Below are positions 25,853 to 39,315 of a stretch of DNA of 64,000 nt, one piece after another; the first letter of the stretch is position 1; every line of letters begins with the position of its first letter. A model generated the notes under the pieces. It worked only from the letters and a program-made list of their open reading frames with translations, ran no database searches and was not told the origin of the DNA. The stretch is taken from contig JBHGNT010000020.1 in the NCBI GenBank assembly GCA_043228905.1, positions 7,254,001 to 7,318,000 on the forward strand, in the 5' to 3' direction. Position numbers and translations under genes: made by a program. This DNA comes from Azolla caroliniana. Its lineage: Eukaryota > Plantae > Polypodiophyta.

Positions 25853-27185
25853 CTATTGTCATAAGCAGCAATTTTACCTGTTAGTTTTCTCCACTCATCT
25901 AGGAGAGTTGTACTGCAATCCCCAAAACAGAATGCAGCAATTCGACATGCATATTGAAAACAAACTATATGGTATGTGTGTTGGCATGGTTGTAGGTGAA
26001 CCAACAGAGTAGCAGATTTGTCCTCTACACGTAATCCACAAGCGATGCAACGTGCTTGAACAGTCACTATACCGTTTCTTGGTTCTCCTTCATTTGGTAA
26101 GGGAGCAAGAATGTTTAGGTCCAATTCTTGTTTGCTCCTTACCATCCCCTCCGCAAAATGTAGTTGCTTCTTAAGGCAGCTAACTACCTGTTCTTGACGG
26201 GAGTATTGTTCCTTCAACGAAGCCGAGAAATTTACCGATTAATTATTCCTTAATGAGGAAGATACAACAACAACAAACAAGAATCATTAACTTACTTGTA
26301 GCTAGTCCAAATTGTAATCTGCGACAATATTTACACCTAGAAGGTCCAGGTTCATTGAAAGAACCTGGATCTCTGTTTGTAGTTGAATTTTCCGTTGGGG
26401 ATCCAATGACCCCTCAATTTCAAGCTCATGTTGAGCAACTTGTTCTAGATAATGCCTCAGTAGCACATTTTCATGTATAGGTTATTTATAACATATTACA
26501 TATTAGCAAAACAATAGGTACCTAAATCTTATTTCTGATTGTTGTAACTGCCAAAGTGACTTTGCTCTCCACCGCAGCATCCAATGTTGCTTTCTCTAAA
26601 TCAGTCTTAAAAAACTCCAATGTCTCACAGGCTTCATGGACATTTTTTAGCATATAGCTAATCAATGTCTCATCTGTATCATTGACATTGGCTTTCATTG
26701 TGTGTCGGTGTGGCGTATACTTGCAGGTTTGTTGGGAGTCTGCAGTTGCATCATCAACTGCCATGCTCCAAAATCTTGCCATTTTTTGTTGCAAGCTCCC
26801 CATCTTACGACATCTTTCTACTGATGCCTCACCATAAATTGTCCAAGCTACCCTTTACATTTCAAGGTTTCAAGATTCCTTCGTTGTTTTGCAATACTCG
26901 TACGCAAAACCTCTGGCAAATGAAACAGACAACTCATTGTTGACAGGGATCTCTTAATGTACTTTCTAGTGCAGTCTCATGCAGTCGTACATGCTTGAGC
27001 TTGACCTTGGCTTTCACTCTAGGCCCTTTATATACTGCATCCAGTCTACATCACTAATCAATCTATCTGTTAGAACAGCAGGGTCAATACCCTCGAGCGA
27101 CAAACCATATATGTTGTGAAAGTCCTCCTTTGTCTCGCAAAATTTTACGAAGTTTAGCACTCTAGGATAGGGAGGAACGAGCCAC
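25840..27185 (-). pseudogene. Degenerate multi-exon gene with a C-terminal RING-H2-like zinc finger; probably TE-borne
   Basis: CIAC...PCQHTYHIVC...CFGDC in ORF 25840-26217. Splice-like sites: acceptor TTTCAG|G at ~27185, donors at ~26521 and ~26295. Stops/frameshifts in the upstream exon. Confidence 0.45.
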
Positions 27186-27272
27186 CTGAAATAGAAAATC
27201 AGTAATCAGAATTGGTGCAAAAACAGAATTTTTAATGTGAATTTGGTGCAAAATTCCAACACTTTGAGACAG

Positions 27273-27742
27273 TGTCATGATATGGCAAGACTCAAACCCA
27301 TGACCTTAGGTTATATGGGTCGAGCTCTTGACCATTATATCATCTATTGTAATACGTAAGATATTATTTTCATTTACATTTTATTATAGGAAATTAATGT
27401 ATATTCCAGATTTCTCTGGAACATTCTAGAAGCTTCAGGAATACTCCTGAGAACACTATAAAAGAAGGCACTAGGCATTATGTTGGACCAAATTGGTTTA
27501 ACGCTAGTCTTTAGCCTCATAGCCCTTTTGTACTTACTCTTCTTATAATATATAATATGTTATCATCATCTCTCTCTCTCTCTCGTCCTCACTATCTCTC
27601 TCTCTCTCTCCTCTTCTCTCTTCCTCTCTCGGGAGTCCTATGCAATCCCGTCCTCTTAGTACTAATAGTACTTCCCTTCTCTAGTACTAATTCTCTCTCT
27701 GTTTAGTACTAATCCTCTCTCTGTTTACTACTATTCCTGACA
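27273..27742 (+). repeat. 5' LTR of element A (470 bp)
   Basis: TGTCATGA...CCTGACA; TATAAAAG near 27457; followed by the non-tRNA PBS GTTTGAACCAATTT. Confidence 0.85.
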
Positions 27743-29052
27743 GTTTGAACCAATTTTCCTTCTATCTCTCCCCCTTCATACTAATCTCTTATTCCTCTTT
27801 TCTTTTCATCCCATGGCCACAGTTAGCGCTCAGGAATATCAATCTATTTTCTAAGAGTTTCAATGCTTGAAAGAGAAGTTCCTTGCTTTGGAACAAGAAA
27901 ATCAACGGTTGTTGGGGGATCTTCAATAAATCTCCTTAGAAAAGCAACAAACACAACAACAACATGGGGAACTTGCATTACGTGTGCAACAACTCGAAGC
28001 AACCATCGTAGCGATGCAACAACAAGGCCCCGGAACACAAGGGATTCATAAGGAACCCAAGATTGGCCTTCCCACAAAGTTCGATGGAACACGATCGCAG
28101 TTTAGAGGGTTCCTTAATCAGGTACGATTAGTTATTCAAATGCATCCTTTCCGATATCCTACCGATGCATCACGAGTAGGTTTAGTAGGGACATTGTTAA
28201 GTGGCTCAGCGTTGGCATGGTTTGCTCCACTGTTGGAAAAGGAGTCTCCATTACTCAACAACTTTGAAGAGTTTATAGGTGAGTTTAAAGCATGATTTGG
28301 GGATACTGACAGCATAAGGACCGCAATCAAGAAAATCCGGCGATTACGCCAAGGAGACCGTCCAGCCTCCGCATACGCTACAGATTTCTGCCTACTCGCC
28401 GTTGACATCCCTTGGGATGATCAAGTGTTGATGGAGCAATTTCGTTATGGTTTACGCAACAATGTCAAGGATTTACTCTTGACTTTCCCTAAAGAGCCAA
28501 AGTCCTTAACAGAAGCAATCAATCGCGTGGTGAGATGTGACAACCGCCTCTTTGAGCGATGTTCAGAACGACAACTACAGATGCCGAGGGCAAGATTAGA
28601 GCCCACCTACGCCTCAATGGTAGCAAAAACTTTACTGAGGGAGTACTATAATGCTCCTACAGTGAATACTCTGACTCTGATGGAGATTGACACTAAACGT
28701 CGTCGAGGGCCATTATCCGAAGAAGAAAAGCAGCAACGTCGAACAAATCGACTATGTCTCTATTGCGGTGGACCAGGACACATTGCAATAAATTCTCCCC
28801 ATAGGCCAAGAAGACAGGTAAACCAAATAGTTGCTAGTTCTAATTGTACTAAACCCGAGCCTATTACAGTAGGGATATTTGATAGTACTAATAGTACTAA
28901 CAACCTAGATCTAGCGAACAAATTTGATGTCCTTAGTCAGTTAGAAGAAGATCTGTGCAGCCCATTAGTGGTTCCATTCCCTCTAAGCAAGTTAGCAATG
29001 TGTTCGTAGCCCAAGTAACAGTTAGTACTAAACGTACCCCTCTAGTACACGT

Positions 29053-29840
29053 TGTCGTGCCTTTCGGCTCCGGATCGTTGCGTGAGTCGGGTGGGAACCG
29101 CCGAGGTTTTGGACTAGGAGAAAGAAGAATATGAGATGAGGCTAGTAATGAATAGATTATTAGAAAGAGAGATAGAAATTTCGTGAATCCCACGAGTGTA
29201 TTTTATTCGATTAATCAATATTTAGATAAGAATATGTATTTAGATTGAAAGAAAGATATAAGAAACTTGTGAATCCCACAAGTATAGATTATATTATTTT
29301 CGTGAATCCCACGATTATATTAATCGGTTGGTGTTTTCGGAAATATATCCAATTTCCAAATATTTCACACATAATTACATTGTGCTTCCCATCCTTATGT
29401 AGTGATGGGAGAGACTAAGCATAGCTACATGCTTTTTTTCTAATATGTTCATGCACACTAAATATGCATGTGATGCTTTTCTAATCCTTGCTTTTATTTG
29501 CTAAATATAGTGCTCATGCACGCTAGATGTGCATGAGTCACTTTTTAGTTGCTTGCGTTTTTCTATAAAATATTCACGCACTCTAAAAATGCACGATTTA
29601 CCTTTTAATAAAGGTAGGTGCAAATAAAGCACTTATAGTTATTAAATCTATTTGTAGAACACTAAAGATAAGGTAGCATAATGGTAAAGTTGAGGTTTGG
29701 CTACGTGGAGGTACAAGGTTCAAATCTTGCCCTATGCATGTGATAAATATCTTGATATATTATTTTATTTATTTATATGTAATTAAATCGGTTATATTAT
29801 TTTTTACTTTTTCACGTAGTGTACGAAATACACTACGACA
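29053..29840 (-). mobile_element. Solo LTR related to the Trp-primed family, inserted between gag and the protease core of element A
   Basis: TGTCGT...ACGACA termini; 4-bp TSD ACGT; its start resembles LTR 1620-2699. Confidence 0.8.
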
Positions 29841-31040
29841 ACGTCATAGCACTTCTAGACTCTAGAGCTAATTCTTGCTTAATGGATAGGAATTTTGCCC
29901 AAGCTCATCAGATATCTCTTAGAAAACTCCCGTATCCAGCCTCTGTAGTCGTCATTGATGGTCGTCCCATTGCTTCCGAAAATATCATAGAAGAGTCAGA
30001 ACCCGTTAATATTGTCCTAGATAACTTAGCATGTGTAGTATCATTTAACATTATTAGTATCCCAGAACATCCCATCGTTTTGGGATTACCATGGTTCGAG
30101 TTACATAACCCAGACATAGATTGGAGAACAAGAGAAATCCGGTATCGACAAACCCGAGGATCTACTCAGAAGATTGCCACCATTTCACTACATCAGTTGC
30201 GGGAAGAAGGATGCAAGGAAGAAACGTTTCTCTTCACAATATCACTAAAACCCTCCGACACCATTAAAGAGGAGTCCACCGTTCAGCTTCCAAAGAAGTA
30301 TCATCATTATGTCGATGTATTCAATAAAGTACGAGCCAATACGCTTCCTCACCATCGACCATATGATTGCCCCATCGATTTACAACCGGGGAAAGAGCCA
30401 CCACGAGGACCGATCTACATTTTGTCACCAACCGAGCTAGAAGTCCTTCGAGCCTATATAGAGGAGAATTTGGAGAATGGATTCATTCGACATTCGAAAT
30501 CTCCAACCGGCGCACCCATTTTCTTCGTCAAGAAAAAGGATGGCTCACTTGGTCTAGTGGTAGATTACCGTGGCTTGAATTGTCAAGACTGAGAGAGAGA
30601 AAGAGAGAAAAAGAGATAGAGAGATAATTGAAGAGAATTATTGTATTGAAGCGTAAAATGGATTACAAAGAGTAGGCTACAAAATGCCGTTGAACCAATT
30701 TAGGTTTGGGATGGGTGGTAGATCCCTATTTATAAGTAATAGAGAACACTCTAGAATATTCTACGTTATCCTAGAATGTAGAGCAATCTAGAAGATCTCT
30801 AGAGTATTCTAGAAGGTTCTAGTGGTATAGAATACTCTAGAATATTGTAGGTCATTCTAGAATGTAGAGTGATATAGAATATTCCTATGATATTAGATTT
30901 CATATTCTAGAGACTATACATATAAGAATATTAATACAATGGTTAAGGATTTGACATGTGTACAACAAGGTCGTGGGTTCAAATCCTTTCGAGTCATAAT
31001 GTGAGTGTCATCATCCTTTCGATGCATGATGTGAGTGTTA

Positions 31041-34000
31041 TCATGACACTATCCCCCTTCTTCGACGACACGTCTCACAGGTCGTAGGGTTTGTATTAGG
31101 ACCTGGTTTACAAGGATATTGGCGATGAAATGCATTGACGAGTTCTGCAGCATTGGAAAGATTTGCGGCAGGTTCCCAAGTTCGATCATTGGGGGTATAA
31201 CCTAGCCAATCGACTAAGTAATACAGCTTGTTGCGCACGATTTTAGAATCGAGAATGGCAGCAACTTCAAATTTAGGCCCGTCCAAGAACTCGACAGGTG
31301 GTGGGGGTGTCGTAAGTCGGCCCGGAATTGAACTTGTAGTATAAGGTTCCAAAAGGGATACATGAAACACCGGATGAAGATGCATGTGCGGAGGGAGGTC
31401 AAGACGAAATGCAACATCACTTATCTTACCAGTGATCATGTAAGGGCCAAAACGTTGGTAATCCAATTTACTGCAAGGTCGAGTGGTCTTGATGTTGTGT
31501 TGGAGAAGCCATACATAATCCCTAATGCGGAACTTTTTTGAGGAGTCTAGACGATGACGATCGGCAAGCCTCTTGTGTGTAAATTGAGCATCGTGCAAAT
31601 TGTGGAGAATGTTAGCTTGAATTTCTTGGAGGCGACTAAGACGATCCTCGGCAGCAGGGTTGGTAGGAACTTCTGGATGCGCATTCATCGTCCACCGAGG
31701 ATGACAGCCCGTATTTGCGAAAAATGGGGAATATCCTGTAGAAGAATGGGCTGAGTTTTTGTAAGCGAATTCCGCCAAGTGCGAAAAAGCAACCCAATCA
31801 TCTTGTTGATAGTTGATGAAACAACGAAGATATTGTTCCAATGTCTGGTTGGTACGCTCTGTTTGGCCATTTGTTTCAGGATGATAGCCCGAAGAAAGCT
31901 TAACTGAAATGTGAAGAAGTTTGAACATGTGCTTCCAAAACTTTGAGATGAATTGTGGACCACGATCACTAATAATATCATCTGGCAGACCATGATGCTT
32001 AAATACCTCCCGCATAACGAGATCATCCGCCTCTTGACTAGTAATTGACTTTGTACATGGCAAGAAATGTGCCATTTTGGTAAATCAATCAACCACTGTG
32101 AGAATTGCATCAAAACCTTTTGAAACTGGGAGATCAGTAATGAAGTCCAAGGATATAGACTTCCAAGGAGTTTCCAGAATGGGAAGTGGTTGTAGTAAGC
32201 CATAGGGTCGGTGACGAGGATTCTTTGATCGACAACATATATCACAACTCCGAACATAATCCTCAACAAAATGACGAAGGCGAGGCCACCAATAGCGTTG
32301 AGAAATTAATTCTAGAGTCTTGTGAACTCCAAACTTACCAGCCATTGGTGAGTCATGGCAATGTTGCAAAACTTGTAGCCGTGGGGGACCATCAGGAACA
32401 TACAATAAATTTTGTCGAAATAGAAAACCACCATGCCAATAGAACTGACAATAGTCATTACGAGGATTTTTCGACCGTGAGCAAGAAGCACGATCCGGGA
32501 CAATATGATCCAAAACATCCTTGGCGAAATCATTAGTGGCCATATGATCTCGAATGGAATCAAGAAGAGTGGAATTTTCAAGAGTTGTTATGGCGTTAAC
32601 TACCATTAATCGTAATCGATTAGGACCCAAAAGGATTTGTTTTTGATGCTCAAATGCAGGTTCCCCTGGACGAAGTTCCATATAAGAGCGCCGAGAAAGA
32701 GCATCTGCTTTGCCTTGCTGCATCCCAGGGCGATATATGATGATAAAATCGAAGTGAGTCAAAAATTGCGCCCACCGGGCTTGTCGTCGACTCAAGACTC
32801 GAGCATTTTGGAAATAAGTCAGGTTCTTATGATCATTGTAGACAATGATCTGCTAAGAAGAACCTTCTAGGAAATGTCGCCATTGTTGAAACGAATCCAC
32901 GATTGCAAGAAGCTCTTTGTCATGGATCTCATAGTTGATCTCTGCAGCTTCAAACTTTCGTGAATGAAAGGCGACAAGGTGTAGTTGTCCATCATCTCCA
33001 GTCTGCGAGAGGACACTCCCTAGTGCAAAATCGGATGCATCGGCTTCGAGGATGAAGCGTTTTGTTGGGTCGACATGTGCTAAGATAGGTGCCGTTGTAA
33101 ATGCTCGTTTTAAGCTTTCAAATGCCTTGGCTGCATCTGAACTCCATATAAATGGTCGATCTTTATGTGTGAGCTGAGTAAGCGGAAGCACAACCTTGGA
33201 ATAATCTTTAATAAATTTTTGATAAAAATTTGCAAACCCGAGAAAACATTGCACATCACGCACTGAAAGGGGCGTTTGCCACTCTAAAATTGCTTGTACC
33301 TTCATGGGGTCCATAGCAATACCATTTGACGATACAACATACCCCAAAAATTCCACTTGATTCTGGCCGAAACTACACTTTTCTAATTTTGTGTAGAGAC
33401 CATATTCTCGGAGTCGACGCAGTACCTGACGAACATGTTCATCATGCTCCTCTTGGGTCTTTGAGTAGATTAAAATATCATCTACGTAAACTATAGTGAA
33501 GATATCAAGAAAATCTCGAAAAATATCGTTCGCCATATGTTGGAAAATAGCAGGTGCATTCGTGAGACCGAATGGCATCACTGTATACTCAAAATGTCCA
33601 TAGCGAGTGCGGAAAGCTGTCTTCCATTCATCCCCGGGCGAATCCGAACTAGATTATATGCTCCACGAAGGTCCAACTTCGTGAAATATTTTGCACCACT
33701 GAGACGTTCCAAAAGATTCGGGATTAATGGTAGAGCATATCTATTCCGAATAGTCACTTTGTTTAGCCCTCGATAATCCACGACCAACCGAAGAGTCCCA
33801 TTCTTCTTCTTAACAAAGAAGATAGGTGCACCAGCAGGGGATCTAGAATGCCGAATGAATCCGTTTGCCAGATTCTCATCAATATATTCCCGCAAAGTTT
33901 CTAGCTCTACAGGGGAGAGATTATAAATTGGGCCCCATGGAGGTTCTTTCCCTGGTTGTAAGTCAATAGGGCAGTCGTATGGCCGATGCTCCGGCAATGT

Positions 34001-34690
34001 ATTGGCCTTCACCTTATCAAAGACATCTGAAAACTCCTTGTATTTCTCCGGAAGTTTAATATCCGCCTCATGTGAAGTGGATGATGGAGTTGCTATTATT
34101 GCGAAGACGAACATGGCCTCGTTCCCCCCTTCCTCTCGCAACTGTCGTAAAGAGATGGGCGATAACTCCGGGGATCTATTATCACATGTAGGAGAGAGGG
34201 ATGCAGGGTTTGTGCTTTTTTCCCAAGTCTCCTCAATTGTTCTTTTCATCCAATCAATCTTTGGGTTATGGAGTTCAAACCAGGGGAGACCTAGAACTAT
34301 TGGGTGTTCCGGACTACGAATAATGTTGAAAGAGATTATGCTTGCCAAATTGCCAAGAACTATCCTAATTGGCTCAGACTCCTCGACTATATCTCCTAAT
34401 GCTATGGGACGTCCATCAATGACTCCTACGGCTACTGGGTTGGGAAGCTTATTCAAGAGGATGTTTTGTGACAAGGCAAATTCACGATCCATGAAACAAG
34501 AGTTGGCTCCAGAATCTAGAAGGGCAGAGGCTAGGACTCGATGACATGTAGATGTGGTAAGCTCGACTTGTGCTGAAAAAACTCGACTCACTTGATTTGA
34601 TGAAATGGAACCACGACTAGGAACTAACTCTACATAGCTAGGATGGTCCAGCCAAATGGCTCCTATTTTGGCCGGACTTACTCGTTTAAC
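31041..34690 (-). pseudogene. pol: pol of element F (PR-RT-RH-INT-chromodomain) with a few frameshifts/stops
   Basis: [28 protein letters not shown]...SDRG...GQTER and chromodomain FEVAAILDSK...WEP across ORFs 33578-34591, 32853-33581, 32085-32795 and 31041-32075. Confidence 0.9.
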
Positions 34691-34701
34691 ACATCCTCTA
34701 A

Positions 34702-35802
34702 TTAACTCAAGACATCGAATCTATTCTCATGGCATGGACTATGAGGCTTATTTATGTTATTAGAAGTAACAATAGAACTCGATGTAGGGTTTTCATTGGC
34801 ACTTACTTGGTATACTTGACGCCTAGGTTTATGTGGACAATTTACAGCTATATGTCCTGGACCACCACAATACACGCAAAGGCGATGCGCTCGACGTCGT
34901 TGCTTCTCAGCATCTGATAACGGCCCACAACGTTGTGTTGACTCTATTTCCATCGGAGTGGGGCCATCCCTTGTAATGGGTCTAGAAACTTGTGGAGGCG
35001 TTGCGACTACGGAAGCGTAAGTCTGCTTAGGTTGGCGGCGTAACATTTGTTGGCGCTCAGAACGTCGCTCAAATAGGCGATTATCACATCGCACAGCTCG
35101 ATTAATAGCTTCTGTAAGTGACTGCGGATCTTCAAGGAAAGTAAGAAGAAGATCTTTGACATCGTTTCTCAAACCTTGACGGAATTGATCCATTAAAGCT
35201 ACCTCATCCCAAGGGATATCGCATGCCAAGAGACGGAAATCGGCTGCATAAGACGACACGGGACGATCTCCTTGTCGGAGCCTTCGAATCTTGTTTATCG
35301 CTGTCCTAGTGTTGTCGATGTCTCCGAAACTAGCTTGAAACTCTTTAACAAATGCCTCGAAATCCTCCAGCAATGGTGATTTCTTCTGGAGAAGTTGTGC
35401 GAACCATGCTAACGTCGTACCGCATAGCAAAGTTCCCACTAATCCCACACGAGCAGCATCAGTTGGATACCGATTGGGATGTAGCTGAATAACTAGACGA
35501 ACTTGATTCAAAAAGCCTCGAAATAAAGACCTCGTACCATCAAACTTGGCAGGGAGGCTGATCTTTGGCTCTCTAGGGGAGTTCTGAGCCCCCGACGCTT
35601 GCTCACGTAATGACAATATAGTCGCCTCGAGTTGATGAACCCGCTGTGATATTTCTTCATATTGTTGAGCTTTTTCGGCGCTCACGTGTTGTAGATCTCC
35701 AAGTAGCCTTTGATTCTCATGCTCTAATGCCACAAATTTATTCGTGAGCATGTCGAGCTCAGAAAGAACACGCATGTATTCTTGTTTGCTCACGGACTCC
35801 AT
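34702..35802 (-). CDS. gag: Gag of element F
   Basis: 366-aa ORF with [24 protein letters not shown] and the [14 protein letters not shown] zinc knuckle. Confidence 0.9.
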   Translation of the reverse strand: MESVSKQEYMRVLSELDMLTNKFVALEHENQRLLGDLQHVSAEKAQQYEEISQRVHQLEATILSLREQASGAQNSPREPKISLPAKFDGTRSLFRGFLNQVRLVIQLHPNRYPTDAARVGLVGTLLCGTTLAWFAQLLQKKSPLLEDFEAFVKEFQASFGDIDNTRTAINKIRRLRQGDRPVSSYAADFRLLACDIPWDEVALMDQFRQGLRNDVKDLLLTFLEDPQSLTEAINRAVRCDNRLFERRSERQQMLRRQPKQTYASVVATPPQVSRPITRDGPTPMEIESTQRCGPLSDAEKQRRRAHRLCVYCGGPGHIAVNCPHKPRRQVYQVSANENPTSSSIVTSNNINKPHSPCHENRFDVLS

Positions 35803-38800
35803 AGCTTACGAGAGGAGAGGAGAAGGAAGAAGAGAACTTGTTAGGATTTGTGGAAGACGAAGAGATGAAAGGAAAAAAATTGGTTCAAACTGTCAAGACT
35901 GAGAGAGAGAAAGAGAGAAAAAGAGATAGAGAGATAATTGAAGAGAATTATTGTATTGAAGCGTAAAATGGATTACAAAGAGTAGGCTACAAAATGTCAT
36001 TGAACCAATTTAGGTTTGGGATGGGTGGTAGATCCCTATTTATAAGTAATAGAGAACACTCTAGAATATTCTACGTTATCCTAGAATGTACAGTAATCTA
36101 GAAGATCTCTAGAGTATTCTAGAAGGTTCTAGTGGTATAGAACACCCTAGAATATTCTAGGTCATTCTAGAATGTAGAGTAATATAGAATATTCCTATGA
36201 TATTAGATTTCATATTCTAGAGACTATACATATAAGAATATTAATACAATGGTTAAGGATTTGACATGTGTACAACAAGGTCGTGGGTTCAAATCCTTTC
36301 GAGTCATAATGTGAGTGTCATCATCCTTTCGATGCATGATGTGAGTGTTATCATGACATGAATAAAGTTACAATCCGCAATAGGTATGCACTTCCCCTTA
36401 TCTCAAGTCTTTTAGAACAGATCAATGGTGCTAGGTTCTTCACAAAGATCAACTTACGGGGGGGGCCTATAACCTCGTACGGATCCAACCAGGAGATGAA
36501 TGGAAGACCGCGTTCCGCACTAGATATGGGCACTTCGAGTATACGGTCATGCCGTTCGACCTCACTAATACGCCAGCAGTCTTCCAGCACATGGCAAATG
36601 ATATATTCCGAGATCTCTTGGATGTGTGTCTGATCATCTACTTGAATGATCTACTAGTTTATTCAAAGACCAAAGAAGAGCATGATTCTCATGTATTGTT
36701 AGTACTAAAACGACTTCGAGAACATGGTCTTTACGCAAAACTAGAAAAATGTAGCTTCGGGTGCAACCAAGTGGAATTTCTCAGCTACGTCATTTCATCA
36801 TAAGGCATCTCCATGGACCTAGCTAAGGTCAAGACGGTGGTAGAATGGCAGACTCCGTGCTCGGTGCGGGATGTGCAATGCTTTTTAGGCTTTGCCAATT
36901 TTTACCGGAAGTTTATACAAGATTACTCAAAGCTCGTTCTGCCTCTCACACAGCTTACCAGGAAGGGACAATCATTCATTTGGTCTGAAGAAGTAGATAT
37001 GGCTTTCGAGATTCTTAAAAAGGCATTTACATCGGCTCCAATTCTAGCTCATGTCGATCCGGAAAAACCATTCATTATCGAAGTGGACGCATCGGATTTC
37101 GCATTGGGGAGCATTCTGTCACAACGGGGTAATGATGAGAAGCTATATCCTGTAGCTTTTCACTCACGCAAGTTTGACGCCACCGAAATCAACTACGAAA
37201 TTCATGATAAGGAGCTATTGGCAATAGTGGACTCGTTTATGCAATGGAGGCATTTTTTAGAAGGATCCTCTCATCAAGTCACCGTATTCAGTGACCATAA
37301 AAACCTTGCCTACTTTCAGGATGCTCGTGCGTTAAATCGATGTCAAGCTCGGTGGGCCCACTTCCTCACACGTTTCGACTTCAAAATCACATATCGTTCA
37401 GGGAAGCACCAAGGGAAGGCAAGGCGGATGCATTATCACGGCGTTCGTATCTAACACCGCGTCCTGGCGAGCCAACTTTCGATAACCAAAAGCAAGTAAT
37501 CTTTGGACCGGCACAACTGCAAGCAACACAGGTTTTTGGTATGCCCATGGATTCCCACATTATCAATATCATACGTGCGGACCTGAAGACAGATGCTTTC
37601 GCCCAAGCTATACTAGCACAAATTGATCCCTCTTGAGCGTCGTGTTCACAGTCGCAACCACCAGGTACAGACTATCGGCAATTCAAATACCATGATGGAT
37701 TACTATTCTTTAAAGAATTTTTGTATGTTCCTAATGGTTTTTGCCGCCTTCGAGTAGTACAAAACTGTCATGACACATATACAACTGGGAATTCTGGTAG
37801 TACTAAAACATTAGATTTAGTACAACGATCATTCTGGTGGCCCCGTATGCGACAATTTGTCGAAGATTTTGTTCGGACTTGTGATACATGTTGTAGAGCA
37901 AAAATGCCAAGGCATCATCCATATGGTTTATTAGAACCATTACCAATTCCAAGCAAGCCATGGCAATCCATTGCTCTAGATTTCATCACAAATCTTCCAG
38001 TCTCTAAGGGGTTCAATGCGATTCTAACAATGGTAGATCAATATACGAAGATGGCTCATTTCTTGCCATGTACTAAGGAAATCTCCAGTGAAGACACCGC
38101 CGAAATTATCATGCGTGAAGTATGTCGGCATCATGGACTTCCCGATAGTATCATCAGCGATCGTGGATCCCAGTTCGTGTCAAAATTTTGGAAGCACCTT
38201 TTTAAAATGCTCAAGGTCACTTGTAACCTCTCCTCCGGCTACCACCCACAAACCGACGGTCAAGCTGAACGAACAAATCAAACACTGGAGCAATATTTGC
38301 GGTTCTTTATCAGCTATCATCAGGATAACTGGGCAGATATTCTCCACTTTGTCGAATTTGCCTATAATAACTCTATCCACTCATCGACTAAAGTTATGCC
38401 ATTTTATGCTTATACGGGATGTCACCCTCGGTGGAGTGTACTTGAAACCCTAGAGGTGTCCACAAATCCTTGCGCGGAGGATCATTTGGAGTAGTTACGC
38501 AAGATACAAGCAGATTTATCTACTCATCTCCAGAAAGCTCAACAAACACACAAGGTCTATGCGGATCGCCATCGACTTCCATCTAGTTTTAACATTGGAG
38601 ATCGGGTGTGGCTGCTACGACGACACATAAAGACTACTTGCCAATGTGAGAAGTTGGATTATCGACAATTAGGCCCTTTCCGTATTATCGGAAAGATTAA
38701 TGATGCTGTTTTTCGTCTCGATCTACCTCCTCAACTTCGGATACATCCGGTGTTTCATAGTTCTCTCCTCGAACCCTATAACGAGAGCACCATCCCAGGA

Positions 38801-39061
38801 CGTATTATACAACCTCCACCCCCGATCGAGCTTGAAGATGGACCAGAGTACGAGGTCGCCGCCATCCTTGATTCCAAGATTGTTCGCAACAAGCTCTACT
38901 ATCTAGTCGATTGGCTAGACTATAGTCCCAACAAACGTACTTGGGAACCGACCAAGAATGTGACCAATGCTCGTGCGCTTCTTGAAGACTTCCATCTTCA
39001 ATATCCACACAAACCGGGTCCTCCATCCAAAACGACTCGTGACACTCGTCGTTTTAAAGAC

Positions 39062-39283
39062 TGATAGACAAAATACCAAGATCAAAGAAGACAGAAACTA
39101 TATTAAACGGTGCTCTCCAAAACACGCTAGCCCTTTACAGTGTTCTTTCACGCTTTACATACACAGGGCTTCTGATCGGTTACGGTTCCTGCGTGAACCG
39201 TTACATGCATTACTTTAACGCCCCTAATATACTAATTTATTTACAATGCGTTATGGCCGGCGGTTACAATTCCGGCAGACAAC
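39062..39283. repeat. Probable short LTR or LTR remnant at the junction of elements A and E
   Basis: TGATAG...CAACA termini; purine tract on the minus strand nearby (~39302-39310); no TSD found. Confidence 0.35.
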
Positions 39284-39315
39284 AGTATTGCAACTGAACG
39301 CGCCCCCCTATTATT

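Larger units (their letters stand above)
30581..36358 (-). mobile_element. Structurally complete Tcn1-like chromoviral Gypsy element F nested in the RT of element A
   Basis: 468-bp LTRs 30581-31048 and 35891-36358 (about 8 differences by eye); TSD TGAAT; PPT GAAGAAGGGGGATAG; host RT reads VVDYRGLN|KVTIRNRY across the insertion. Confidence 0.95.
27273..39064 (+). mobile_element. Tcn1-like chromoviral Gypsy element A (host of nested insertions; degenerate; 3' LTR missing)
   Basis: 5' LTR 27273-27742 (TG...CA); Gag ~27813-28950; PR/RT 29841-30580 resuming at 36364; RH, INT and chromodomain YEVAAILDSK...YLVDW...TWEP to 39064. Confidence 0.9.
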
